Assembly (NCBI RefSeq): GCF_052425735.1
Contig: NC_135771.1
Location: forward strand, 9,486,001-9,550,000
Reading direction: 5' to 3'
DNA from: Oculina patagonica
Lineage: Eukaryota
Length of the DNA stretch: 64,000 bases
A model generated the notes under the pieces. The model made no database searches. It was not told where the DNA came from and saw only the letters and a list, made by a program, of their open reading frames with translations. This document shows positions 37,367-49,100 of this stretch, in pieces. Each line of letters opens with the position of its first letter. Positions within the stretch are counted from its first letter, which is position 1. A program made the position numbers and the translations under genes.

Positions 37367-39186
37367 ATGTCAACACAGGTAAAAAATGGTTTCGAGTGCC
37401 ATTTGGAAACAAATACATATCCCAAATGGCAGCCATGTCTGAGAAACTTCCTGACGCTTTACACGTCCAAATTTCATAGAAAGGAACCTTGATATCAAAA
37501 CATCCTTAGAGAATCTACAAAATACTAGTTATCTGAGACGTTCGAAATCGTCGAAATCCTCGGCAATTTTCGGTCGCTTTGACAATCTTGGAAGTCTTCG
37601 AGTGACACTCGGTCAACATTAAAAGCCTTGGAGTCATGTTATCGGGCGATCGTCGACATCCGTTAAGCCTTTAGGTTTCATATCTTAGGACTTTCTTTAA
37701 AAATATCTACGTTGTAATTTACATTTATAGACTTTTCACTCTTATCTCCAAATAATTAAAATAATGATCTTGTCATGCACTGGACAATTTTACAGTACAC
37801 CATTTAAAAAAGTAGCTTTGTTACGACAGTGAGTATAATAGTGTAGAAAAATAAAACCCAGAAACATCGTTTTTTTCGATTTAAGCCAATCTAGCTCATT
37901 TTATTAATGTGTTGAGAACTTGTCAGAGAGATAGCGAAACCAAACGCAACGCAATGTTATTAAATTCATTAAAAGATGAAATGGACCGCCAAAAGCTATA
38001 TATGCTGTTTATTTTTTGCCAGACTCTTAAATATCACGCGATATTAATCTTCAGAGAAAACAATATAGAAGAAAAACCGCGAGAGAGTTGAATTTTCTGA
38101 CAACGTACTATAGACTAAATATAAATGAGTAGACCTTGTCGCCTGATGTTCCAGGCGATAAAGAAGCAGAAAAAAATTGTTTTCTAGCGGTGCTCATCCA
38201 CGAATCTGAAAAATGTTCTCGAAAGTGTCAATTATAAACTCACACTGCGCCAAAATGACGTCAATAATTTTAAAATGCGCCATCTTGGATTCGCCATCTC
38301 GAAAAATCGATTTGAAGATTTTTTCACAAATTCCAACACCAAATTTGATCAAATTAAATAATTAATCAAATTAAATCAAATAAAATTATGTATATTAATA
38401 TTATAAATTTATTCAGGTGTATATAGATTTTATCTAAGAATTAAATTATTATTATCATTATTATTATTATTATTATTATTATTAATTTTCTTAGGGGTCA
38501 GCTTTACAAGAGGATTTGTTCCTCCCTACTGACATCCTTTTGTATTTCTTTTTCTCTATATTGCAATAAAGTTGTTGTAAATAAGAAAAATGAAATAATG
38601 TCATTGTAGCGAACGGAACCATATTTTCTGACAATAAGATCAACTTTAAAAGTGCGCCAGTGTACGACGGGTTTTATTTTCGGATGACAGGAACTTTCTC
38701 CGGAAATCTCTTTTGAAACAAAATACACAACACAAGAGTTCAATTCACTAACTGACGGATGAAGTTTCTGGGAATCGACTTACAGCGCGATAGAATAAAT
38801 AACCGGCGGATAACTATTGCAATTTTAAATTAACAATCAAAAATTTGTTTACTTTGAAGAAAAGCACAGAAGAGGGAGAAGAGTTCAATTTCCTTCATGA
38901 CGGATAAAGTGAATCAAGCTATGGCCACGATAGAACTAATGACTTATAGACAAATTCTGGCAATTTGATTAAACAGCGTACAAAAAAGAAACAAAAACAC
39001 AAAGGGGAGTTACATAAAAGAGAACTTAAGACAAATAAATTTAAAACTGTTATCTCCACTTAGAACCAGAAAAACTCGCTTGGTGTGCTAAAGACACTTG
39101 GCGAGTTTCATAATGACTTTCATTTCATATTGACAAAAGGTGACAAAGCTCAGCAACTGAAGTGAAAGCTGACACGATAATTAAAC

Positions 39187-39363
39187 TACTACTGGAAGAA
39201 CCGGCAAATTCGTCAGTGCATAAAAGCGATACGAGAAAGAATAACTCAGTCAGTCACTTGGTACACAGTGAAAAAACATGCACAGTCCTAACTATAACAG
39301 TAGTATAGTTTTACTAAATATACGGCGAATACAGCAGAAGTGTCAGTGGGGAGTCTACAATGA
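39187..39363 (+). pseudogene. 3'-end remnant of the orphan GPCR (frameshifted)
   Basis: Matches the YWKNRQIRQCIK...TKYTANTAEVSV coding end and the following 3' flank, with indels. Confidence 0.8.
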
Positions 39364-41544
39364 ATGTAAACATGAATTTAACACAGTCGTTTGAGTTCCA
39401 TTTGGAAAACAAAATATTTATTCCAAATAACCAAAATGTGTGAAAAACGTTCTAACGCTTTGCTCATATCATCAAATTGCATTAGAAGGAAACCTTGATA
39501 TAAAAAAGATTCTTTAAAAATCTACAAAACACTTTTTATCCGACATGTAAATCTTTAAAATCTTCGGCAATTTTATGTAGTTTAAGCAATCATATCTCAA
39601 AAGTCTTCGAGTGACCCTCGGTTAACATTGGAAGTCTTGAAAATATATCTGACATCCGCAAAGGCTCTTTATTGTATATTGTTTGGACTTTCTTTGCAAA
39701 TATCGACGTTTGTGGCTGCGCAGCAGTTTTCATTAGTTTAACCATAATGCCTTGCGTTCTATCGTTTTTTTTTTCACAATGCTTTGCGGCAAGCAGGAGC
39801 AAGAACAAAAATCGATCGACATACGAAGAATCACATATGTTCACTTCCGAGGCATTATTTTTCATCCGCGGACAGACAACTCACTGCTTTGATGGTACAG
39901 CTGAAAAAGAAAAACTTCATAGAATATGAAGTGTCACAAAACTCTATTCTTGAAGGGCAGAATAAAGAATAGTTTATTGAACAAGAAAATGTGGCAAGGA
40001 AACTAACTTCGACAAGGTACAAGACAACTTTGACACGTTTTTAACCGAATTTTAACGACGTTAACGCATATGAGTTATTAATGGCTTACGTGGACTTGAC
40101 ACATTAAGTTTACCTGTAAAAGCACATTCACAACTTCTTTGTTATTTCGTTTTAAAGACTATATGTGAAGTTAAAAGAGCTTATTAAGACTTAAGCTATG
40201 CGTAAGGGTAATTCTATTTTATTTTCTTTGCAGAAATTATAAATAACACACTGTAAATTCCTTTCTCCGAAACTGAAATAAAGTTCGGTGTACTTCTTAC
40301 TCAGAAAGGGTGGATGTAAATTTTTAAACGTTCATATAAAGACAGCGGCAAATTTGTTGTTTCAACACTTTTAGCGGATGTGTTTATCCAGTATCTCAAA
40401 TGCACTATTAACATGACTGTAGCTGTTAATCAAAGAATATATTGAAATATAAGTTTTATCAAAAGCATATCACCTTGGTGATATGCTTTTGATAAACACT
40501 CAATGATGAGAGCTTTCGGTTGCCGGTTTTAAGCTTGGTTTACAACCATGTTATTTCAGTCAAGAAGAGTTCGGGGTGGTGTCATGATCATTTATATTTA
40601 AAGCTTCACGGCCACATAAAGCACACACTTTCAGATTTAAATGTGCGTTAGTTTTTTTTGTATTTCAAGAATAGCTGATAATTGGTGTTGTGCAGTATCG
40701 CTTTTACACTCACTCGCGTGCCACTTTAATTTAGAGACTCTCAATTAAATTAAGAGAATTTACAAAAGTTCTCGAGATAATTAAAACTCACGGCAGGCGT
40801 TTGCATAAATCTTTCGGCACTTGATCGATTCAGCTGTCAAGTTGGTCACTCTTGCTTAGGCTCCTAGCCAAAATATCTTAAAAACAGTTGGGCGCTAGTG
40901 GTAGTTTTGAAACGTTTGGCTATTGCTAAAGTTTATTTTCACTGAGATCACCAAATTCAGCAAAACACGGCGAAATGATGTCAAGAAGCTGCGTTCGCGT
41001 TCTTGTAATTAAATTAAATGTAATCATTAATCTTTCAAACGTTTTCCTTAATTTCGCTTTGTTTTGTTTATTCACATGGCATCAACGGTTGATCCTGAAA
41101 GCATAATTTAAATCGCATGGCCTAGTTCCATCTTGAAGAAGAGAAGACTATGAACCATGTAACATTCTGTCAGCACAATACGAGAACAATTTAAAAAACG
41201 CAAGCCGCCGGCAAAAACGTCCAAAACAGATAACTGATTTTCAACCAGTTTAGCAGATAAAAGCTGAGTAACTGAACAATGGGCGAAAAAAACGTATTAA
41301 CAGCAGGGGAAAGCTGTAGTGTCCACTATCCCTGTATTTAAAAAAATGTTGAGGGCATAATCGTGGGAAACGAACCGATGTTTCCGATGCAAATAATAAT
41401 TTCTTATGAAAATGATCTGGAACCCCCCCCAAAAGGTTATCAATATTACAATTTCAAGTTCCAGCTGAACCATATCTTGAAAATCCTCCGTAGGAGGAAG
41501 TGTTGCGTTTATACTTTTGTAGGCCCCTCGAAGAACGAACATTG

Positions 41545-42567
41545 ATGGCTTACAACACGTCGACTCAAGATCTTTCTCATGCCCAATCGTGTTTTCATTT
41601 ACCAGATCCCAATTTCGACAAAGTTTCAGAACGTTTTATTATGAACCTTGTTACAGCCATTATCAACATTATTGCCTCTCCTTTGGCAGTGTTATCCAAT
41701 TCTTTAATTGTCATCGCTATCTTTAGCAGTTCTCGTCTACGAACGCCTTCAAATCTTTTTATTGGATGCCTGGCGCTCTCTGATGTCTTTGTTGGCCTTG
41801 CAGTACAACCAGGTTACATATGTTTTAGACTCATGGAAAACCAGCATCGTTCGGTTCCTTGCTTTGTAAGAATTACATATTCTAGTGCATTTTTCGTTTG
41901 TTGCGGAGTGTCATTTATGACTCTCAGTGCTGTAACCTACGAACGTTTGGTAGCGGTGCGACTTCGGGCAAGATACAATGATGTGTTTACAGCAAAACGT
42001 GTCCTCAAGTTTATGGCGGCTATTTGGATCGTGAACATTATATTAACAAGCTTGCAATGGGTAGGAATAAGCCAAATAATAAAAGGCACACATTACATTA
42101 TATGGTTTCTCTGTCTTCTGGGTTCTGTGCTTGCAAACATTGGAATCGGTTTGATTCTGCGTCGACATCATCGCCAATTACAGCCTCACAGCACGATCCC
42201 GGAAGATATCCGAAAACAAAGAGAACTGAGGCTAACAAGAAACATCTCAATCATTGTTGGAGTGTATTTGTTGCTTAACATGCCTCTTTTGTTTATAAAA
42301 ATGTATCGGCACATTTTCAGGCAAGCCATTAATTCTTACAACCACTATAGTTGGACAGAAACTCTTGCATTTCTAAACTCATGCACAAATCCATTACTCT
42401 GCTACTGGAAGAACCGGCAAATTCGTCAGTGCATTAAAACTATTCCAGAAAGAATAGCTTGCCACTTGGTACACAGTGAAGAAAACATACACAGTCCTAA
42501 CTATAACAGTAGTAGCGTTACTAAATATACGGCGAATACAGCAGAAGTGTCAGTGGGTCTGCAATAA
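41545..42567 (+). CDS. Orphan class A GPCR, copy 2 (340 aa, tandem paralog)
   Basis: About 19 aa differences from copy 1 by eye; same upstream acceptor context; flanks are also duplicated. Confidence 0.9.
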   Translation: MAYNTSTQDLSHAQSCFHLPDPNFDKVSERFIMNLVTAIINIIASPLAVLSNSLIVIAIFSSSRLRTPSNLFIGCLALSDVFVGLAVQPGYICFRLMENQHRSVPCFVRITYSSAFFVCCGVSFMTLSAVTYERLVAVRLRARYNDVFTAKRVLKFMAAIWIVNIILTSLQWVGISQIIKGTHYIIWFLCLLGSVLANIGIGLILRRHHRQLQPHSTIPEDIRKQRELRLTRNISIIVGVYLLLNMPLLFIKMYRHIFRQAINSYNHYSWTETLAFLNSCTNPLLCYWKNRQIRQCIKTIPERIACHLVHSEENIHSPNYNSSSVTKYTANTAEVSVGLQ

Positions 42568-43245
42568 ATGTAAACACAGGTAAAAAGTGGTTTCGAGTTC
42601 CATTTCGAAAAAGATTTTTATCCCAAATGGCAGAAATGCCTGAAAAACTTCCTAATGCTTTTCTCGTCCAAATGTCATTGAAAGGAACCTTGATATAAAA
42701 ACATCCTTAGAGAATCTACAAAATACTAGTTATCTGAGACGTTGGAAATCGTCGAAATCCTGGACAATTTTCGGTCGCTTTGACAATCTTGAAAGTCTTC
42801 GAGTGACTCTGTAAACATTAAAAGTCATTATCGGGCGATCTTTGACATCCGTTAAGTCTTTAGGTTTCATTTCTTAGGATTTTTTTTTAAAATATCTTCG
42901 TTGTAATTTACATTTATACACTTTTTACTCTTGTCTCCACATAAAATACTGATCTCGTCCGACAAGATCAGTATAACAGTAATGTAAATAGTCGCTTGAA
43001 TGTAACAGTGTTGGAAAAAACCAAGAAGCATGTATTTTTGTACTCAGTAAAATACACCACTTCAGAATGTCACAGAGATGGTGAAACCAAACGCAACAAT
43101 GTCATGAAATTCATTAAAAGATAAAATGGACCGCCGGAAGGTATATATACTGTTTACCTTTCGCAGAATCTTTAATATCACGATATATTAATCTTCAGAG
43201 TAACAATACTTTTACGTTGTCAAAAACATTTCTGACAACGTACTA

Positions 43246-43527
43246 GAGCGGTTTTCACTTGAGTGTCGAAAGTAATTTGCGTTTGCTTTGGTTTTGCGTT
43301 CACTACGCTTAGTGATTGGTTTAAAAATTTCGCGCCACTTTCTCGGCCAATCAGGAGTAAAACCAAAACCAATTGTTACTCGCTCGCGCACGTTTTCCCG
43401 CGCTTCGTGTCAACTACATGTATTTGCTTCGAGTTTTGATTGGTTCACTCGATTGTCTGTGTCCTTTGTGATTGGCCGGAGTAATTACTTTGGTTTTGGT
43501 TTAACGATACTCAATTGAAAACTGCTC
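43246..43527. mobile_element. MITE present only in duplicate copy 2
   Basis: TIRs GAGCGGTTTTCA / TGAAAACTGCTC with TA duplication. The empty site CAACGTACTATA is at about 38101-38112. Confidence 0.8.
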
Positions 43528-44562
43528 TATACACCAATCGCTGGATTTATTGCACTCAGCAGCAAGCTATTCTCTAGCGGTGCCACGTTATCCACCTGTT
43601 ATCAGTAAAAACGTCCACGAATGTTCGCGAAAGTGTTGATCTTGTGTCAATTATGAACTCACATCGTGCCAAAATGACGTCAATAATTTTAAAATACGTC
43701 ATTATGACATCTTGGAAAATCGATATGAAGATTTTTCACAAATTCCAGCGCCAAATTTAAAATAATGTCATTGTAGCGAACGGAACCATACTTTACGACA
43801 ATAAGAACAGCTTTAAAAGAACACCAACGTACGACAAGCTTTATTTTTGGATGACAGGAACTTTTTCCGGAAATCTCTTTTGAAATAAAATACATCAACA
43901 GAAGAGTTCAATTTACTAGCTGACGGATGAAGCATTTTGAAATAGAATCCATAACCTTCAGAAAGATACCGCAATTTTAAATAAACAATGCAAGAATTTG
44001 TTTAACTTGAAGAAAAGAGCAAAGGTAAAAGAGTTCAATTTCCTTCACGACGGATGCAACAGTGATGAAGTGAATTGATTTATGGCCACGATGGAATCAT
44101 TGACGTACAGACAGATAGTGCCAATTTGATTACACGGACAAAAAAGCAATAAAATAACCTCCCCCCCCCCCCCCCCCCTTCCAAAAGAAGACAAAAATGT
44201 TAACGTTCAAGAAAACCACAAAAAAGACTATTATCACACTTAAAAGGTTTGTTAATCGTGAGCCGAAAAGGAACGTGAAAACTGAAGACACGCAGTGAGT
44301 TTCATAATGACTTTCATTTCACATTAATCAAGATGGTTTACAGAAATTATCCCTGACTTCTGAAGTATGATAAATCAGCTAGTAAAAATTGTTTTTAATT
44401 GTTTTGGTACGGTTTGTTTTACCTAAAAGATCATATATAATTAATTTTGTAGTTAACAGAAGAAACGATCTCGTTACCCTCCATTCTAAATGACTGAGTT
44501 ATGATCAGTATGATACGACTGTTTGCAAACTTAAGTTGAAAATGAATACGAAGCAGTTTGAA

Positions 44563-44665
44563 AGCATTTGTCGTTTGTTGCGTAGTGTCTTTCGTGACTT
44601 TAAGTGTTGTAACCTACGACTTCGAGCAAGGGACAAAAAATGAATTAACAGAAACACGTGTCCTT
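44563..44665 (+). pseudogene. Internal (TM3/ICL2) remnant of the orphan GPCR
   Basis: GCATTTGTCGTTTGTTGCGTAGTGTCTTTCGTGACTTTAAGTGTTGTAACCTACGA...CTTCGAGCAAG aligns to the AFFVCCGVSFMTLSAVTYE...LRAR coding sequence. Confidence 0.65.
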
Positions 44666-45377
44666 TTAAGGTAAGTACTTTATGACTAATTTTATTTCAC
44701 ATAATTTGAAAAGCAATAAGAATGTTTACTTAGGCTGATCACGATGGAAAACTTCAAGCTGTTCTTGCCTTGTTTGTTGGGAATAATATAGTTTAAACGC
44801 AAATCAGGTGATACGCTCTCATTCTTTTGCGGGGTATAACAAACGAATTTGTGTGTAAACCGAAAGAAGATATGTGCTTAGCAGTCTCAGTATTTAGGAG
44901 TTAGCTGGTGTCTTGCTGGTGGGGGTTAAAATCAAATTAACTATCTGTATCATTATAAACTTACCTGACTGTGTAATTATGTTGTCCCAAGTGTTTTTTT
45001 GTCTGCCGTCTTGTGCTTAGGAATTTCTCTAAGAAAAGAAGAAAAAACAAAAGCAAGAACACCCCCCCCCCCCCTCTTCCCTAAAAAAAACTCAAGAATC
45101 CGTTAACACCTGTAAAGAGCGACTTAAAAGCGACATGAAATAATTCACTACATGCTTATAGTAGAACAGGAGAAACTGCGACAAGCAAGCTTAAGGTTTA
45201 CAACCCTTATGACGTCACAAGGTTTAATTTCGGCACCAGTCCCTGGAAAACGAAAAGCTAATTGTGGGGCTATCTAAGATCTCGCCCTGAAATGTTGCTA
45301 AGATTGGAAAATTACGAATCAGTGGATCATAGGCTATGTTTTCCAGGAATAAAAACGAGGTCAGCAAATTCATTTCA

Positions 45378-46042
45378 TTGGCACTTAAAGTGGGCACTTT
45401 AAGGTCTTTAAAGCCAGACTTAAAGTGGGCACAATAAGGTAATTCTAGTTGAAGTGGGCACTTTAAGTGTCAGACTTAAAGTAACCACTTAAATGAGTCT
45501 TGCATGAAGTGACCACTTAAATGAGTATTACAGTGGGCACTTCAAGGCCTTAAAAGTCAGACTTAAAGTGGGCACAATATGGTTAGTCTAATAAAAGTGG
45601 CCACTTTAAGGTCAGTCTTAAAGTAACCACTTTAAAGAGTCTTAAAGTGGCCACTTTATTGAGTCTTAAAGTGACCACTTAAATGAAGTTTACAGTGGGC
45701 TCTTTAAGGTCAGTCTTACAGTAGCCACTTTAAAGAGCCTGGGAGTGGCCACTTAAAGGCTCTCATAAAGTGACCACTTAAATGAGTTTTACAGTGGGCA
45801 CTTTAAGGTCTTAAAAGTCAGACTTAAAGTGGGCACAATATGGTTAGTCAAGAGAGGATGAGGGTCCCCTCATCCTCTCTTGGGTTAGTCTAATTAAAGT
45901 GGGCACTTTAAGGTCAGTCTTAATGTAACCACTTTAAAGAGCTTTGAAGTGGCCACTTTAAGACTTCCTTAAAGTGGCCACTTATATGAATATTAAAGTA
46001 GCCACTTAAATGAGTATTAAGGTGACCACTTTAAGGCTTAAA
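45378..46042. repeat. Minisatellite of ~21-bp units with palindromic core AAGTGGCCACTT and higher-order blocks
   Basis: About 25-30 degenerate AAAGTG(G/A)(G/C)CACTT(T)AA units; blocks repeat at about 45388, 45529 and 45789. Confidence 0.85.
45849..45882. mobile_element. 34-bp hairpin micro-insertion with 7-bp TSD
   Basis: CAAGAGAGGATGAGGG-TC-CCCTCATCCTCTCTTG flanked by GGTTAGT on both sides. The empty site is visible in the sister unit at about 45581. Confidence 0.85.
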
Positions 46043-46168
46043 AGGAACAAAAAACAAGTTAACTTAACAAAAGAAATGTCTTTATCTGTCCTGATTTTAC
46101 GAGAAACAGAACGAGATCGATTAAACTGAACCGGTACCAATTCTGTGGTAAAAGAAAGTGAAACGTAC

Positions 46169-49100
46169 CAGCAACTTCCACTATTGTAGCTGTACGGCTT
46201 TCTCCAAACATGTTAAATGCCCTGCATTCATAAACACCACTGTCTTGAGTAAGGACATTTTGAATAACAAGAAGTCGTGAATCATTCTTGAACTGAGCCC
46301 GCGGTATGCTGGTACTTCCATTTTTAGTCCATGTTACAGAAGGATTTGGATCTCCGCTGACCTCACATGCCAATATTGCTAGTTCACCGACTGACAAGGT
46401 GGTTCTTATTGGCAGTTTCTTGACAACAGGCCTCTCTGAGAGAGTTAAAGAGTATGGGTTTCAATTCTTGTTTCACAACGATATTTGTAACACAGGTATT
46501 AAGACATACACTGACCAACTGGAAAGCAGTTTGGCTACAGAAGTAACCCAGCCTTCTTTTGTATGAACAACAAAAATATGGCAATGTTAATTGATGATGA
46601 AGACATAGCAGTTTTATTATTCATGCTACGTTTTTGTTTAAACAGGAATTTGTCTTTGAAAGCAAGATTACTGACCACGTTTTTATATAGACATCATACA
46701 ACAACCAGAAATTTAACAATAATTTGAGCATCTATTAACGAAGACAAATTAACGTGCCTCGCAGGACCTCAAGAAACGAGTGATACAAACGCACTTGCGA
46801 AGGGTAAAGGTTTTCAGCTTCCTGCTTTAGCAACTGACCAACCGACAAATTAGGAATATTATGCATTTTTATGTTCTTTAAAGTAAACATGTGAGAATAG
46901 TATTACAAATCTCTAATATGGTTAGTTTTGACTGGCCTTAACGTTTAGGCAAAAACGCACACTTAAAAAAAAAAACGCATATTTTAAATCGACTATTTTT
47001 CATGTTTATCGCCGTTCTGTGTAACTATGTTAGTAAAGAATTGGACCATGCTTAGGCGGCGTGTTAATCGAGTTATAGACGTACTGGAAAGTTCACAGAC
47101 CATTCCTGAAATTTGTCGTCACCGCATGCCCATTCCAACTTCTCATGAAGCATGCATTCGCATTAATCTTAATCTCTCAGCAGTATTATGCCGTTGTAAA
47201 ATTGAATCCTACTTTGAACACCGGATTAGCGTGAATTTGGATTCCTACCTTATAACGTTTCAGTGAGATTTTTTTAATTATGTATTTGTCCTTCATCTTT
47301 GACGTCGAGTTAGTGTTAATGTTAATCTCCTTTTGAACAATCGAGCCCAGGTGGATTGGGACCTAAGCGCGGGCCCATTAGATTTAAAAACAAGCACATA
47401 CACCACTTTGCGTTGAGTGCATCGTTAGTTGTCATTTTTTGTGCTGGAGACCGTCGCCAGAAAATATAATGAATATGACTGTAATCTACATAAAACTTGA
47501 TCTCAATTGAGAAACAAGCTGGGCTTATTACATCACAACTATCGTATTCATGCAACAATTACAATATCGTTCAGTACCTTTGGTTCCAATCTCTATGAAG
47601 TCACTGGAAATATAAATCATCTGAAATATGAACACATAACGAAAACATAATTCAGCGTTTAGATAATTTCAAGCATCACAGTAACATTGTACTTGTACAT
47701 GTATGTATAGTTTTACAATAAAAGATTAAAAGCAGGCCATGGACTATAACAACTACTACATTACGGGTATAGGGCAGTTGTGAGCATATTTTAAACGCGT
47801 TTTTTAACTTGTCCGCCAGTCAGTCTGCTCTGCCATAAAAAAAAAAAAATATTGGTCGTTATGGATTAGAACAAGTTGATTACAATACCTCAGTGACAAA
47901 AGCCCTGAGAAACACTCTGTAGCTGGTGTTTGGCTGAAGAGGTTTGTTGTAATAGCTCTCGACATCACTGCTTCTCTTACTTCTTGTTTTACTGTTTGAT
48001 TGCGCTCCATTCCCGATAACAAATTCCTGGTACTTATTAAAATCATTCCCTCCAAACTGAAAAGAGACATAAGCTGCAGGAGTTGAAGACTCGTGAGCCT
48101 TTTCGTATGTCAACAGATATTGAGGTGTAAAACTTTCCGGTGAGTTTACCACACCAGAATAGTTCGATGAAAATGTTATGATGATAACCTGAAAAAACCT
48201 GCAAGATTGAAACAATAATTTGATAGCTTAGCTAAGTGAAAACAATTTAAGTGACAGTGAGACAACATGATGTTGTTTTGGCATGGAACGAAGTCTGGTG
48301 CAGGGTTCATGTAAATGTGCAGAGCTTGAATGGAAAGTATATGAGACAATTACGGCTATCAATCTGCACGTACCTATAGAACGTAACAAGTTGGCGTGGG
48401 AATTATTATTTGTGTAGGGATGGTAAAACCATATTTAATACAATCAAACGCACAAATCGTAATCTTAAAAAAAAACTGTCAAAGAGCCGTTGAGCCCTGT
48501 GAAAAAATAAAGCTTGACTCAAAATGACCCAATAAAATGGTTCGTTCATTTATGCGCTTGAGTAGAAAGAGGCACTGTGAGAACATACATTTACATGTGC
48601 CACAAAGAAAACAAACAGGCCCAAATATTAGAACGCAGAATCCAGAGTCCAACGTATTATTTGGCAGAAAACACCCAGTTCATCTCTCTGCATCCTTAAA
48701 TCTCCTCTGGGAGAATAGGGCCTTTATATATACACACACCCAGTTACAAAACTATAAAACGAGCAAATAAGACTCAAATTCTACTTGAACACTTGGTCTT
48801 GGAAAGGTAACGCTCAGACGCAAGTAACCTAGCCTCCCCTGACTATTGACAAATGTTAAAAGTACCCTAATTACTCCAAGAAAGGATAGTACATGTAGGA
48901 CGACAGCGCATCTCTGCACTGTTTGTCCACTTGAGTCATTTATTCATAATATACATTCCCAACCCGGCATGTTAAATAATAACTCATCCACGTAAAGTAA
49001 AGTAACCAGCTCTTGCCGTTGTGCAAGAAATGAACAGTGAATGAACAAAACAGACACAATTAAAACTTGTACCAAACATACTTTGCATTTCGAGGAAAGC

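Noticed and set aside
39590-39972. Short hydrophobic ORFs as the missing TM exon or a separate gene
   Set aside because: The hydrophobic ORF is on the wrong strand, partly overlaps duplicated GPCR 3' flank, and has no splice or domain support.
45378-46042. CRISPR-like array
   Set aside because: Eukaryotic context, linkers only about 5-10 bp and themselves repetitive, no cas genes.
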